Below, one piece after another: positions 1 through 8,417 of a DNA stretch of 64,000 bases. This DNA comes from a virus: IMG/VR virus record IMGVR_UViG_3300018080_000099, positions 128,001 to 192,000 of that record; one strand, 5' to 3'. Within the stretch, counting starts at the first letter, position 1, and every line of letters begins with the position of its first letter. The notes under the pieces are model-generated. The model searched no databases and was not told the origin of the DNA. It saw only the letters and a list, made by a program, of their open reading frames with translations. Position numbers and translations under genes: made by a program.

Positions 1-91
1 CACCTTTATATGAAAAGAGATTTTTACTTTCTTCTCAGATGTACTTAGTTAGTTCCACCAAAATGTCAAAGAGCTATAATACAAAAAACGC

Positions 92-128
92 AATAAAAAA
101 GGTCGGACTCTTTTGTGAATCCGACCTT
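92..128 (-). terminator. Rho-independent terminator: perfect 9-bp stem AAGGTCGGA/TCCGACCTT with a T-run on the minus strand
   Basis: Inverted repeat at 99-107 and 120-128. On the minus strand it is followed by TTTTTTATTG (plus strand 91-100). Confidence 0.6.
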
Positions 129-318
129 AAAGTCCTTCTATTTCTCAGTCAGATTCACATGAGCCCCTGCTCCTGTCCTCTATCTTTATGTTCCATATTA
201 AACCAAGTATAGAGCACGGGCAGGACGCCAATACTAGGCGCGCACGGGCGCAAACTTGATGTTATGGATTGTAGAATTCTGACTGACATAATCTATTCCT
301 TAAAAATAGTTGTTTTCT

Positions 319-389
319 TGCAACGGCTGGGAGTTGAACCCAGTTACCCAAGGATATGAGCCTTGGTCGAATACCGACCCGCCCCCTGC
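319..389 (-). tRNA. tRNA-like element, anticodon CAU (Met/Ile2-like), with an imperfect acceptor stem
   Basis: On the minus strand: anticodon stem CAAGG/CCTTG with loop CTCATAT; T-arm CTGGG-TTCAACT-CCCAG; D-arm GTCG-GTATT-CGAC. The acceptor GCAGGGG/CCGTTGC has one G-G mismatch and the acceptor-to-D spacing is irregular. No encoded CCA. Confidence 0.4.
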
Positions 390-397
390 TGTGTTTG

Positions 398-463
398 AAA
401 AAATCTCAGGATGATTTTTGGTTTGCTAAGAAAGCAAATTTTTTAGTTTGCTGAACTCATCCT
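398..463 (-). terminator. Nested hairpin with a U-tract (attenuator or terminator) just downstream of the consensus promoter
   Basis: Minus strand: AGGATGA...(inner hairpin AGCAAA-N8-TTTGCT)...TCATCCT, followed by GAGATTTTTTC. Confidence 0.45.
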
Positions 464-481
464 TCTGATTTTATTTATATA

Positions 482-510
482 ATTATACCATCTTCCGGTA
501 CGAATGTCAA
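482..510 (-). promoter_or_regulatory. Consensus sigma70 promoter: TTGACA, 17-nt spacer, TATAAT
   Basis: Minus-strand reading: -35 TTGACA (plus 505-510), exactly 17 nt, -10 TATAAT (plus 482-487). Reads leftward towards the hairpin and the tRNA-like element. Confidence 0.65.
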
Positions 511-519
511 GAAAAAAGG

Positions 520-625
520 TGAATCGCAAGGTGCCAACCTCCCGTCACGCTTCTCTGCGCGCCCCGGACGCTACCCCGGAATTCTCGGTTCACCGGGTGA
601 GAACTGAAACATGTCAGTCCTCGAA
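520..625 (-). ncRNA. Candidate small structured RNA: a GC-rich island downstream of an early-type promoter
   Basis: Local GC well above genome background. CCGGGG direct repeats and complementary blocks UUCUC/GAGAA. Bounded by a promoter at 634-662 and a T-run near 515-520 (minus strand). No convincing ORF. Confidence 0.2.
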
Positions 626-633
626 TATAGATA

Positions 634-662
634 ATATAACATTTTCCCGCGGGTTTGTCAAC
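634..662 (-). promoter_or_regulatory. Early-type promoter of the conserved family (TTGACA-17-TGnTATATT)
   Basis: Minus strand: TTGACAaacccgcgggaaaatgTTATAT. Shares the -35 and the aaaaTGtTATAT extended -10 with the five other sites. Confidence 0.5.
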
Positions 663-763
663 CCCTTTTACGTCTTTTCTTTCTTTTTATTTTAAAAAGC
701 CCAAAAAGCTTGACTTCGTCGTCTGTGACTCTTATAATAGGTACCCGTACCTTAATCTTATCT

Positions 764-1105
764 TTAAGATTTCGGAGCTTTCGCATCGCCAATCTGTCGG
801 ATATAGCTTTCATCGCCATCGGCAATCTTACCAAGCACATCCTGTGCAATGTTAGCAGCTTTCTGCTTTCGAGTCTGAGGACCGATATAGATAATGTCAT
901 CCACTTCCAATCCGCCCTTCGTCTGAAGCATCATCGAAGGAATACTCGCCTCAAAAAGGATGTCAATTATTTCAGAGTTTGGTGTTCCTTTAGTAACAAC
1001 CCAAACATCTCCTACTTCATCCTCAATATTCTTACCAATTCCGAAGGGAAGGCCACTGGCTTCATTGAGTCTTTTTTCATCTACCCACTTTTTGAAGTTG
1101 TCCAT
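764..1105 (-). CDS. Hypothetical protein
   Basis: 113-aa ORF, co-directional with and tightly packed against its neighbours. Confidence 0.45.
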   Translation of the reverse strand: MDNFKKWVDEKRLNEASGLPFGIGKNIEDEVGDVWVVTKGTPNSEIIDILFEASIPSMMLQTKGGLEVDDIIYIGPQTRKQKAANIAQDVLGKIADGDESYIRQIGDAKAPKS

Positions 1106-1542
1106 TACTTCTTCTCCATCTTTTTATCAGCGAACTTTGCGAAGCTTTCTTCGACTTCCTCGGTCTCTTCCTCACCTTCGATTTCTTCTGGTGCTGGTTC
1201 TGATGGAACTTCGGCAGGCTCTTCGGACTGCTTGGCACCAATCTTCTCAGTAACAATCTCAATCACGATTTCCACAGGAACATTATCATCCTCACCTTCC
1301 TTGTATGTGGAAGTAGCAATGAATCTTGGGCCATTCTTCAGGATGCCCTTGTCATGTTCCTCAAGACCGATTTTCATGTTATTGAGAATCTGAGCCTTTT
1401 CATCTTCGCTTACGTCATATTCGGAGATGACGTACTCACGAAGGATGTCAATTATGTTCTTTGTCAAGCTTACTGAAACTTCCTTGGCTTCTTCAGTCAG
1501 GAGCTTGTTGTTGACAAATTTGGTGAATTCTCCGTTTCCCAT
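1105..1542 (-). CDS. Hypothetical protein with an acidic Glu/Pro-rich C-terminus
   Basis: 145-aa ORF. Its stop overlaps the start of the downstream gene. Confidence 0.5.
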   Translation of the reverse strand: MGNGEFTKFVNNKLLTEEAKEVSVSLTKNIIDILREYVISEYDVSEDEKAQILNNMKIGLEEHDKGILKNGPRFIATSTYKEGEDDNVPVEIVIEIVTEKIGAKQSEEPAEVPSEPAPEEIEGEEETEEVEESFAKFADKKMEKK

Positions 1543-1553
1543 TGGTTTACTCC

Positions 1554-2309
1554 TTATAGTATTTTAGATAGACACTGACTTTGTTCAGTACTTAGTCTTG
1601 TGAAAAGTCCTGTTTCTTCTTCTTTGTTATCAAGTACTTCACGAACAATGACTTCAGCAGATTTCTTAAGGTCATCCAATGTACCTTCGTTTTCAACGAC
1701 AAAATCCCAACGCTTCCATCCGTCTAGTGCCGTTTCTGAAGCGTGCTCTGCTATCTGTCTCTCAGTATTTATAGTTCTTTGAATCCTAATGGCTATAGTT
1801 TCATATCCATCATCGGCACATCCATCCACGATTCCATCTATCTCGTTAGGAAATCGGGTGTCTGTAACAAGAACTATGTCGGTATCTGTGGCAATGGCTC
1901 GGTTTCTCAACTGTTTAACCCACCAATCCTCGTCAACTCGCTTACGGAATATCTCAGTTCCATAGAGCTGAAGGATGTTCCGTGTGATGTCAGTCTTGTC
2001 CTCATACCAATTTTCATCCGAAATCCTAAGCTTATCAATGGCTTTCTCAATCGTTTCGATGGATGCCTGACTAAACATAGCATCTCTGTCATTGGTAAAA
2101 GTAAAGACGGCTGTTTTGATTTCTTCTGCAAGACTGTTTAATACGTTTTTGAGCTTGCTGAAGTCCTCTTTACAGCCGTCCTTAAGCGAGCGTGCAAACA
2201 AATCGTTAGTCACACGAAGTTCACGCACTTCGAAAGCTTCTCTGAGGTATGTTGCGAACTGATTTTTACCGCAGTTGATTTTCCCCGACAGGAGTATCAA
2301 TTTCTTCAT
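1554..2309 (-). CDS. Deoxynucleoside monophosphate kinase (T4 gp1-like)
   Basis: P-loop LSGKINCGKN near the N-terminus; a DTR-like motif (VTDTRFPNE) as in T4 dNMP kinase; length 251 aa (T4 gp1 is 241 aa). Confidence 0.55.
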   Translation of the reverse strand: MKKLILLSGKINCGKNQFATYLREAFEVRELRVTNDLFARSLKDGCKEDFSKLKNVLNSLAEEIKTAVFTFTNDRDAMFSQASIETIEKAIDKLRISDENWYEDKTDITRNILQLYGTEIFRKRVDEDWWVKQLRNRAIATDTDIVLVTDTRFPNEIDGIVDGCADDGYETIAIRIQRTINTERQIAEHASETALDGWKRWDFVVENEGTLDDLKKSAEVIVREVLDNKEEETGLFTRLSTEQSQCLSKIL

Positions 2310-2332
2310 AAACCCTCCTATTGTGCTTCATG

Positions 2333-2500
2333 TTAAGCACATTCATTCAATAGCTGAGGCGATACGTCAACGTAGTCAGAACCAAGATTTCCCTTTGTGA
2401 CGTTTTCCTGTGTCATCTTGACCTTCTGACAAGAACAGGTACCGTCCTTGGAAACAACTCCTCCGCAATGTACACACTTTACTTTCTTTTCAATGTTCAT
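2333..2500 (-). CDS. Small zinc-ribbon protein (55 aa, four Cys)
   Basis: ATG preceded by AAGGAG. Sequence MNIEKKVKCVHCGG...CSC. Not in the ORF track because it is under 60 aa. Confidence 0.3.
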   Translation of the reverse strand: MNIEKKVKCVHCGGVVSKDGTCSCQKVKMTQENVTKGNLGSDYVDVSPQLLNECA

Positions 2501-2517
2501 GATTTTTCTCCTTAATC

Positions 2518-3093
2518 TCAGAACTGAGACTCGTCATCGTTATTGCGTTTATGCTCATTCTCCCATTTCTCAATGAGATTGTCCATAATGTAGTCTTTTC
2601 TTTCCTTCAACTTACCGTCATACTTAAATGAACTGTCCGGATATCCGGTGTAATCAATAACGGTTCTTCCACACACTTGACACTTGAAAGGAATCTCTGG
2701 AACCTCATCAGGTGTCTTAAACATATATATGCCGAGTCCACACGGGCACTCAACTTCAAGGAAACAGTTCTCGAATCCTGTATTATCAGGATGCTTCTCC
2801 TCAACCATGTTGATTTTTTCTTCAACCATGTCCTTGTAGTATTTCTGTATTTCTTCGTCCGAACACTCAGATTCGCGCTTACCATTCTCTAGCACATCAT
2901 TGAATCTTGAGCTGTCTAAACAAAGGCTTATTCCTCGTAAGTCAACATCAATATCGCTATTCTCCAAAGCGTCCAACATCAAATCTTGTATCAGGTTCAA
3001 ACCCGAAATATACCCAACAAGGAAATCCTTATTTTTTACAACAATTGGCACCCACTGGGGATTACCTTTAAACTCAGGTGGCGTATAATGCAT
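2518..3093 (-). CDS. Hypothetical protein with a Cys cluster (CPCG...CQVCG)
   Basis: 191-aa ORF. Confidence 0.5.
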   Translation of the reverse strand: MHYTPPEFKGNPQWVPIVVKNKDFLVGYISGLNLIQDLMLDALENSDIDVDLRGISLCLDSSRFNDVLENGKRESECSDEEIQKYYKDMVEEKINMVEEKHPDNTGFENCFLEVECPCGLGIYMFKTPDEVPEIPFKCQVCGRTVIDYTGYPDSSFKYDGKLKERKDYIMDNLIEKWENEHKRNNDDESQF

Positions 3094-3118
3094 AGATACC
3101 TCCTTGGTACAAATGTAT

Positions 3119-3517
3119 TTATACGCCAGCTATCTGATTCTTACCATATTTGTGAAGCTCAAGTATCTCCTTAATTTGGTCTTCTTCAAGGACTTGTATA
3201 AATCTCTCCGCGTCCTTCAGTCCAACTTCGAAGTAATTGGCTATCACTTTCTTCTCAGTGAGAGTAAGGTCCTTCGCCTTTTTCAGGTATTTGAAATACT
3301 GCTTCCTCTTTGGAAGGAATGAGAAGTAATACCTGTAGTGGACACTCTTGGGAAGGTCATATCGGTTTGCCTCATTGACAACCGGCACGTAAACTTCGGA
3401 CATGCTTACAAACCGATTAATCATGTACGGCACATATCCCTTGCGGACTTCATCATTGTTGAAGTCCAAATCTTCTTTCTCGTTCGTCAACTTCTTTAAG
3501 TAATCAAACAGTTCCAT
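3119..3517 (-). CDS. Hypothetical protein
   Basis: 132-aa ORF. Confidence 0.45.
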   Translation of the reverse strand: MELFDYLKKLTNEKEDLDFNNDEVRKGYVPYMINRFVSMSEVYVPVVNEANRYDLPKSVHYRYYFSFLPKRKQYFKYLKKAKDLTLTEKKVIANYFEVGLKDAERFIQVLEEDQIKEILELHKYGKNQIAGV

Positions 3518-3998
3518 GTCGATTGCACCATTCTTCCCAAAAGGTTAAATCAGTATTATAATCGAATCCATCAATGTCAATCTTGTAGTTGTTGGACTCC
3601 GCATGATTCAAGAAAGGTATTGGCAGGATAACATCATGCTCATCCACATAGTGCTCAAGCATGTCGGGCCAAGCCCATATACCATCTGTCCTCTCACAAG
3701 AACCTAACATCTTCTCGCAAAGACGGCAACAGGAAAAGCCGCGATACCTGATAGCAACGGTGCCACTCTTCAGGTACTGACTAATCTTTTCCTTGTTATG
3801 CTTCTGCCAAAACTCTGGGTCAATGACTTGCTTGGGATGGATGTAGGGGTCTTGCTTTTCCTCTATCGGAGGGCAAGTGTCCAAGTAATTCTGAGCCGCG
3901 AGCACACCAAACTTCTCCTTGAAGTACTCGTACTTCTCTTGGCGAAACTCCTTCACCCATCCCTTTTCAGTCCAATATCCAATCAGTGTCAGCATCAC
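3504..3998 (-). CDS. Hypothetical protein
   Basis: 164-aa ORF, overlapping start/stop arrangement with its neighbours. Confidence 0.45.
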   Translation of the reverse strand: MMLTLIGYWTEKGWVKEFRQEKYEYFKEKFGVLAAQNYLDTCPPIEEKQDPYIHPKQVIDPEFWQKHNKEKISQYLKSGTVAIRYRGFSCCRLCEKMLGSCERTDGIWAWPDMLEHYVDEHDVILPIPFLNHAESNNYKIDIDGFDYNTDLTFWEEWCNRHGTV

Positions 3999-4324
3999 GA
4001 AATCTTGTCAACAATCTTATCAACGTCAAAGCTTTCTACGAACTCAGTTGCGAGTTCCTGTCCAGCATCGTACATCTGATTGATAATCTTGGCTTCGGTC
4101 TGTTCGCTGATACGTGGGATGTCCAGCTTGGCATTGAGCTTCTCGGTGAGCTTTTTCTGCCATTCATCACTTTCGATATATCCAAGAATCATTTTCTTCA
4201 GTCTCGGATAAATCATTTTGACTGCGAGTTTCTTAAGCCACTTCATAATTCCTCCATTGTTTCGATTTCGTTGAACCTGATAATGTAAATAGGCCCTTCG
4301 ATTTCTTCGTGACAGCGAACACAA
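3995..4324 (-). CDS. Hypothetical protein
   Basis: 109-aa ORF. Confidence 0.4.
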   Translation of the reverse strand: MCSLSRRNRRAYLHYQVQRNRNNGGIMKWLKKLAVKMIYPRLKKMILGYIESDEWQKKLTEKLNAKLDIPRISEQTEAKIINQMYDAGQELATEFVESFDVDKIVDKIS

Positions 4325-4566
4325 ACACGTTGGTCGCTTACTTTGGTTACAGACAAGACAGCAATTATCTTGCCGTCGATTTTCTCACTGAGTTCATTAA
4401 CGGTGCCTTGAACTCTCTTTAAAGCCATCATTTGGAGTTTGTCACCGACTGCTACAGCCCCGACTGGAGAGTCAACAGAAAATGCCAGCTTCGGCTTCAA
4501 CCCCATTGAAGCAATGGCTTCACATGCGGCATATCCTTTCCATTCAGTATCAGAATATTCGTACAT
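4243..4566 (-). CDS. Hypothetical protein
   Basis: 107-aa ORF. Confidence 0.35.
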   Translation of the reverse strand: MYEYSDTEWKGYAACEAIASMGLKPKLAFSVDSPVGAVAVGDKLQMMALKRVQGTVNELSEKIDGKIIAVLSVTKVSDQRVCVRCHEEIEGPIYIIRFNEIETMEEL

Positions 4567-4569
4567 ACA

Positions 4570-5085
4570 TCACCCCTTGACGATTAAGTATCTAAGTTGC
4601 TCTGTCCTCAGAACGCGACAGTCCACATGTACCCAAGACATCCCATCAAAGTCCTCTATACAGGTGATATACTGGAATGCCTTTTCATTTGGTTTATTTA
4701 TAATCTCTTTCCTAACATCCGAAGAATCCATCCCAGTGAGATAAAAGTCGATGGCTCTGCCATATGTATGTTGCGAATAAGGGGAATAGTCATCTGAATT
4801 AGGATTGCGGATTCCGGACCACTGCCTGCTTCCACCAAGATGCCAGTTGTTGATTGTCATTGGAAAGTTAAAGTATTCACGGATAGCATCAGCTGTCCAA
4901 AGCATTCTCCAATCCATCAATGAAATTGCCTTATCACCACGAGCATTGTAACTGTTCGAGTCAACAAACTCCTGAACCTTGAAGTTCCTTAGAATGTACT
5001 GATACATTCGAGAAGGAGTCTGTCCACAGTAATTCATGCTATATCTTTGCCTCAAACGGGTTATCAATTTTAATAAGCTCATCAC
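4570..5085 (-). CDS. Peptidase M15 family (VanY / L-alanyl-D-glutamate peptidase-like); possible cell-wall hydrolase
   Basis: SQHTYGRAIDFY together with WVHVD, the H-x6-D...H zinc-binding signature of M15 peptidases. Confidence 0.55.
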   Translation of the reverse strand: MMSLLKLITRLRQRYSMNYCGQTPSRMYQYILRNFKVQEFVDSNSYNARGDKAISLMDWRMLWTADAIREYFNFPMTINNWHLGGSRQWSGIRNPNSDDYSPYSQHTYGRAIDFYLTGMDSSDVRKEIINKPNEKAFQYITCIEDFDGMSWVHVDCRVLRTEQLRYLIVKG

Positions 5086-5560
5086 ATCCCTCTTCGGCTT
5101 CTGGGGCTTCGAAAGACTTCTTCATACCATTGATAACCATAGCCCACTTGCCCTTGTTATAGCCACGAGCATCCTTCATACGGTTCTCAAGGTTCTTCTC
5201 GCTTTCAGTAAACCACATGTACTTGATTTTGGTTTTGCCGTAGTCATCATTGATTAACCCGAAGCTGGATTCAAAATCTCTGACGACTTTTATGATTTCC
5301 CTACGTCTGTCCTTCTTGATATGAGTCTCGTCCACAATGACATCCAACCCGTACTCAAGAGCCTTTTCAATAGCAAGATTTGTGGCATTTTTAATGAAAG
5401 GTTCATACCTCATATCGAATGTGTATTCCCCACCTTTAATCATACTTCTGAAAGCATCACGATTGATGATAACAACATCTTTATTTTCTTTGGCGAATTT
5501 TGTAGAAAAAGTTGACTTACCACTACCAGGAAATCCAATATTGATATAAACAGTGCTCAT
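5039..5560 (-). CDS. P-loop kinase (polynucleotide-kinase-like kinase domain)
   Basis: IGFPGSGKSTF Walker A, closely resembling the T4 Pnk kinase domain GCPGSGKST; 173 aa. Confidence 0.5.
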   Translation of the reverse strand: MSTVYINIGFPGSGKSTFSTKFAKENKDVVIINRDAFRSMIKGGEYTFDMRYEPFIKNATNLAIEKALEYGLDVIVDETHIKKDRRREIIKVVRDFESSFGLINDDYGKTKIKYMWFTESEKNLENRMKDARGYNKGKWAMVINGMKKSFEAPEAEEGCDELIKIDNPFEAKI

Positions 5561-5563
5561 ATA

Positions 5564-5779
5564 TCAATCTCCTTTATTAATCTGTTGTGTAAAAAACTCA
5601 AAAATGGGATTAACCGCATTTGGAATAATAATTTTTAATTCTTTTGGCCACGGAACTTTACTTAAATATTTACCTTTACGAACAATCATGTTTTGTCCAT
5701 CACTACAAATAATTAAATCATTTGTTTTGATATTTTTAGACATTTGGTTGGTTAAATGACAATTCATTTTTTTGTTCAT
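5564..5779 (-). CDS. Small hypothetical protein (AT-rich cassette)
   Basis: 71-aa ORF with the conserved GGAGATTGGTATATG start context. Confidence 0.35.
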   Translation of the reverse strand: MNKKMNCHLTNQMSKNIKTNDLIICSDGQNMIVRKGKYLSKVPWPKELKIIIPNAVNPIFEFFTQQINKGD

Positions 5780-5967
5780 ATACCAATCTCCATATTTTCT
5801 AAACCTTCAATAATACCTTTACCAATAGTTTTACAAAATTCATCAAAAATGTCTTCACCAAGTGCTCTCGCATCACGAATAGATTCAACATTCATTTCAA
5901 CACCAAAATCAACAATAGGTGAAAAATCTTCAGTTTTTAGTTTTGGATTTTTAATTATTAAACTCAT
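5776..5967 (-). CDS. Small hypothetical protein (AT-rich cassette)
   Basis: 63-aa ORF with the conserved GGAGATTGATATATG start context. Confidence 0.35.
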   Translation of the reverse strand: MSLIIKNPKLKTEDFSPIVDFGVEMNVESIRDARALGEDIFDEFCKTIGKGIIEGLENMEIGI

Positions 5968-6749
5968 ATATCAATCTCCACTATTTCGTTGAGTTCTTGT
6001 TTCGGTTTGAATTGTCCTTCTTCATCGCCAACTTTGAAAGGCATCGTGTAGCCTTTGGCTTTCCACTTCTCAAAAAGCTTGTCTCTCGATGACTTCCACT
6101 CATCCTTGAACACACCCATACCAGTTGACTGATGATAGATGAGTATGTCGGCTACGGCAATTTTATATCCCTTGTCAAGGAACTGGAATCCGAAGTCGAT
6201 GTCATAGAAATCATTGTGCTCAAAAGTCTCAGTATCAAAAGAGATACCCTCTTTGAGGAATCTTCCCTTTGTCACCATGAAGCATCCGTCAATGGCAACA
6301 AGGTCGTCAAAGTATCCGATGGGGCCTTTGACAAGATGGAAACCTTCTCCCTGTCCACCACCATCCTTACCTTGAATCAGGTGGCCTCGCATCTTGTCAG
6401 GAGTCGTCATCCACCACCCACCCTTCTCGGTCAGCTCAGTCGCACCGGCAATTCCCACAAGTCCAACGTCTGTCTTTTCAGTAAAGAGAAGTTCAATCTT
6501 CTCCTTAAACAGGTTGTCCACCATTCCAATATCTTCGTGCATGAAAATGACAATATCATCGTCTGTCAAGTCAGCATTCATTGCGGCTTCAATACCGGCA
6601 TTATACTTCTTGAAAATACTCTCATTAGCTCCGGGGACTTTATCAAAAACTTGGAGGGCTTGAGTTCCAATCTTCTTGGTTGAAGGTTCAGCAAACATCT
6701 TATACTTAGCATCGTTATGCCGAGGGATTATGACTTTGATATTAGCCAT
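5964..6749 (-). CDS. Hypothetical protein, possible GT-A-like nucleotide-sugar transferase
   Basis: 261 aa. Acidic DDDIVIFMHED block reminiscent of a DxD region. No firm family assignment. Confidence 0.3.
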   Translation of the reverse strand: MANIKVIIPRHNDAKYKMFAEPSTKKIGTQALQVFDKVPGANESIFKKYNAGIEAAMNADLTDDDIVIFMHEDIGMVDNLFKEKIELLFTEKTDVGLVGIAGATELTEKGGWWMTTPDKMRGHLIQGKDGGGQGEGFHLVKGPIGYFDDLVAIDGCFMVTKGRFLKEGISFDTETFEHNDFYDIDFGFQFLDKGYKIAVADILIYHQSTGMGVFKDEWKSSRDKLFEKWKAKGYTMPFKVGDEEGQFKPKQELNEIVEIDI

Positions 6750-7476
6750 TCTTTTTCTCCTTAAGGTCTCTATACCACCATATATGCGGACTGGTGTATT
6801 CTACTTTACATCCTGTCTCGTACTCATCCGGCAAAGCATACTCATCACCATTCAGGTAGTCCTCAATTGCGTACACAGCTGGCGAGAACTTGTCAATGAA
6901 CTTCTTATCAGGAACAATCCAAAGACATCCTTGTTCCTCAATGATGCGGTCAATGAGAGCTGGTTCTTCGTGGTAGTAAATCGGTTTACCAATTGCTTTT
7001 TCCTTCCAGTCTCTCTCATTGAAGTTGAGAGCATGTCCCTGCAAAGTATAGAGAGTCTTTCTGGCTTGGATATAAGCATAGTCAATGTCTCGGTGGAACC
7101 CTTCAAAGAAAGGCTTACCATTTCTGGTTATAGCCCAGTTCCCACCTTCCTCAATACTCGACTCTCCCCACTTATGCTTAATGTTGTGGGTCTCGTATAT
7201 TTCAATTCCCCACAACACACCGGCATGAGCACCATTGTACTCAATCATGGTTTCGTATGAAGGTTCTTTACCAACAGGACAACACCAAAAGTTATTCTCT
7301 CCGTAGCGTCCACCTATGGAATGGTTGTAACCTTCAACCCTCCACACATCATACTTAATCCCACGGGCTTCAACGTCCCAGTTGAGCTTATACATGCTCA
7401 GCTTAGAGAAGTCCGTGTTTTCTTCAAACAGCTTTATCTCACAGCTCATAGAACACCAATTATTTCGAGTAAACAT
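6742..7476 (-). CDS. Hypothetical protein
   Basis: 244-aa ORF. Confidence 0.45.
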   Translation of the reverse strand: MFTRNNWCSMSCEIKLFEENTDFSKLSMYKLNWDVEARGIKYDVWRVEGYNHSIGGRYGENNFWCCPVGKEPSYETMIEYNGAHAGVLWGIEIYETHNIKHKWGESSIEEGGNWAITRNGKPFFEGFHRDIDYAYIQARKTLYTLQGHALNFNERDWKEKAIGKPIYYHEEPALIDRIIEEQGCLWIVPDKKFIDKFSPAVYAIEDYLNGDEYALPDEYETGCKVEYTSPHIWWYRDLKEKKNG

Positions 7477-8417
7477 GCTGTGAAGTTGATTTCCTTATCA
7501 ATGACAAAGGAGTTCCGATACATGTACTCAGCAATGACAAGAATCACCTGAGCCTGTTTGGATTTGTCAAGCATCGGCACAAGGTGGTCAAACATGTTGC
7601 GGTACATTTCATCGTGGTTGTAGTTTCTCTCAATGATGTACTTCCTCGCATCGGTGAGCTTCTTGTTCATCACCAAGTCATAAAACTCCGCATCCACCTT
7701 CTCAACATCGAAGATACCTGAATCAATGACACCGTTCTTCTTGGAGTACTGCTGAAGAAGGTTAATCATTCTCCTGATGTCAGGATAGAATGTGTCCACG
7801 ACTTTGATAATCGTGGCTGGCTTGAACTCGATTTGTTCCTGCTTCAGGATTCCACCGATTCTCTTTGTGATAAGAGGCTTCAGTTCCTTCTGAGATTTGG
7901 CATCTGTCATGTTGAAGTCGACTTGCTGACATCTTGACTTCAGTGGCTCGATAATCTTGGTAGCATAGTTACATGTCAGAACAAATCGACAGCTATCCTG
8001 AAACTCTTCCATGAAGGCTCTCATAGCCGCCTGCAGTGCAGGAGTTGAGCCATCGAACTCGTCAAGTATGCATATCTTTTTGCTTGCCGCGTTCTCTCCG
8101 CCCATCTCACCGTCAGAGCCGAATAGAGAGTAAGAGGTTGCGAATTTGGCAATCCTGTTTCTCAATGTGTCAATACCACTCTCGGATGACGTGTTGATGT
8201 AAATATAGTCGGCTCCTATGTCATGCACGAGTGCCTTGGCAACGGTAGTTTTTCCCACACCGGGACTGGAAGAATAGAAAAGGAGATGTGGAATCTCCTT
8301 CTCTTTCACCATATTGAGGAAGAACTGCTTGCTCTGGTCTGGGAGCAAAACTTGTGATATTGAAACAGGCCGATACTTTTCAACCCATAACGTGTAGCTC
8401 AATTGCTTTTTGCTCAT
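7446..8417 (-). CDS. Clamp loader ATPase subunit (T4 gp44 / RFC-like AAA+)
   Basis: Walker A SPGVGKTT, Walker B ILDEFD, and an SRC motif (LKSRCQ). 323 aa (T4 gp44 is 319 aa). Confidence 0.8.
   Translation of the reverse strand: MSKKQLSYTLWVEKYRPVSISQVLLPDQSKQFFLNMVKEKEIPHLLFYSSSPGVGKTTVAKALVHDIGADYIYINTSSESGIDTLRNRIAKFATSYSLFGSDGEMGGENAASKKICILDEFDGSTPALQAAMRAFMEEFQDSCRFVLTCNYATKIIEPLKSRCQQVDFNMTDAKSQKELKPLITKRIGGILKQEQIEFKPATIIKVVDTFYPDIRRMINLLQQYSKKNGVIDSGIFDVEKVDAEFYDLVMNKKLTDARKYIIERNYNHDEMYRNMFDHLVPMLDKSKQAQVILVIAEYMYRNSFVIDKEINFTACLLEIIGVL

Noticed and set aside
150-260. Possible additional tRNA or small RNA (GCACGGGC direct repeat)
   Set aside because: No T-arm or anticodon arm could be folded. 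Only short direct repeats.
504-695. Plus-strand 63-aa ORF in the GC-rich island
   Set aside because: It overlaps two minus-strand promoters and a highly structured GC-rich segment. It has no RBS. More likely non-coding RNA/regulatory DNA.
710-1393. Plus-strand 227-aa ORF
   Set aside because: It lies entirely antisense to two well-packed minus-strand genes in an arm where every supported gene is on the minus strand. Low-complexity translation.
6132-7260. Plus-strand ORFs (6132-6683, 6394-6663, 6676-7260) antisense to the minus-strand genes
   Set aside because: They overlap longer co-directional minus-strand genes. Hydrophobic low-complexity translations typical of antisense frames.
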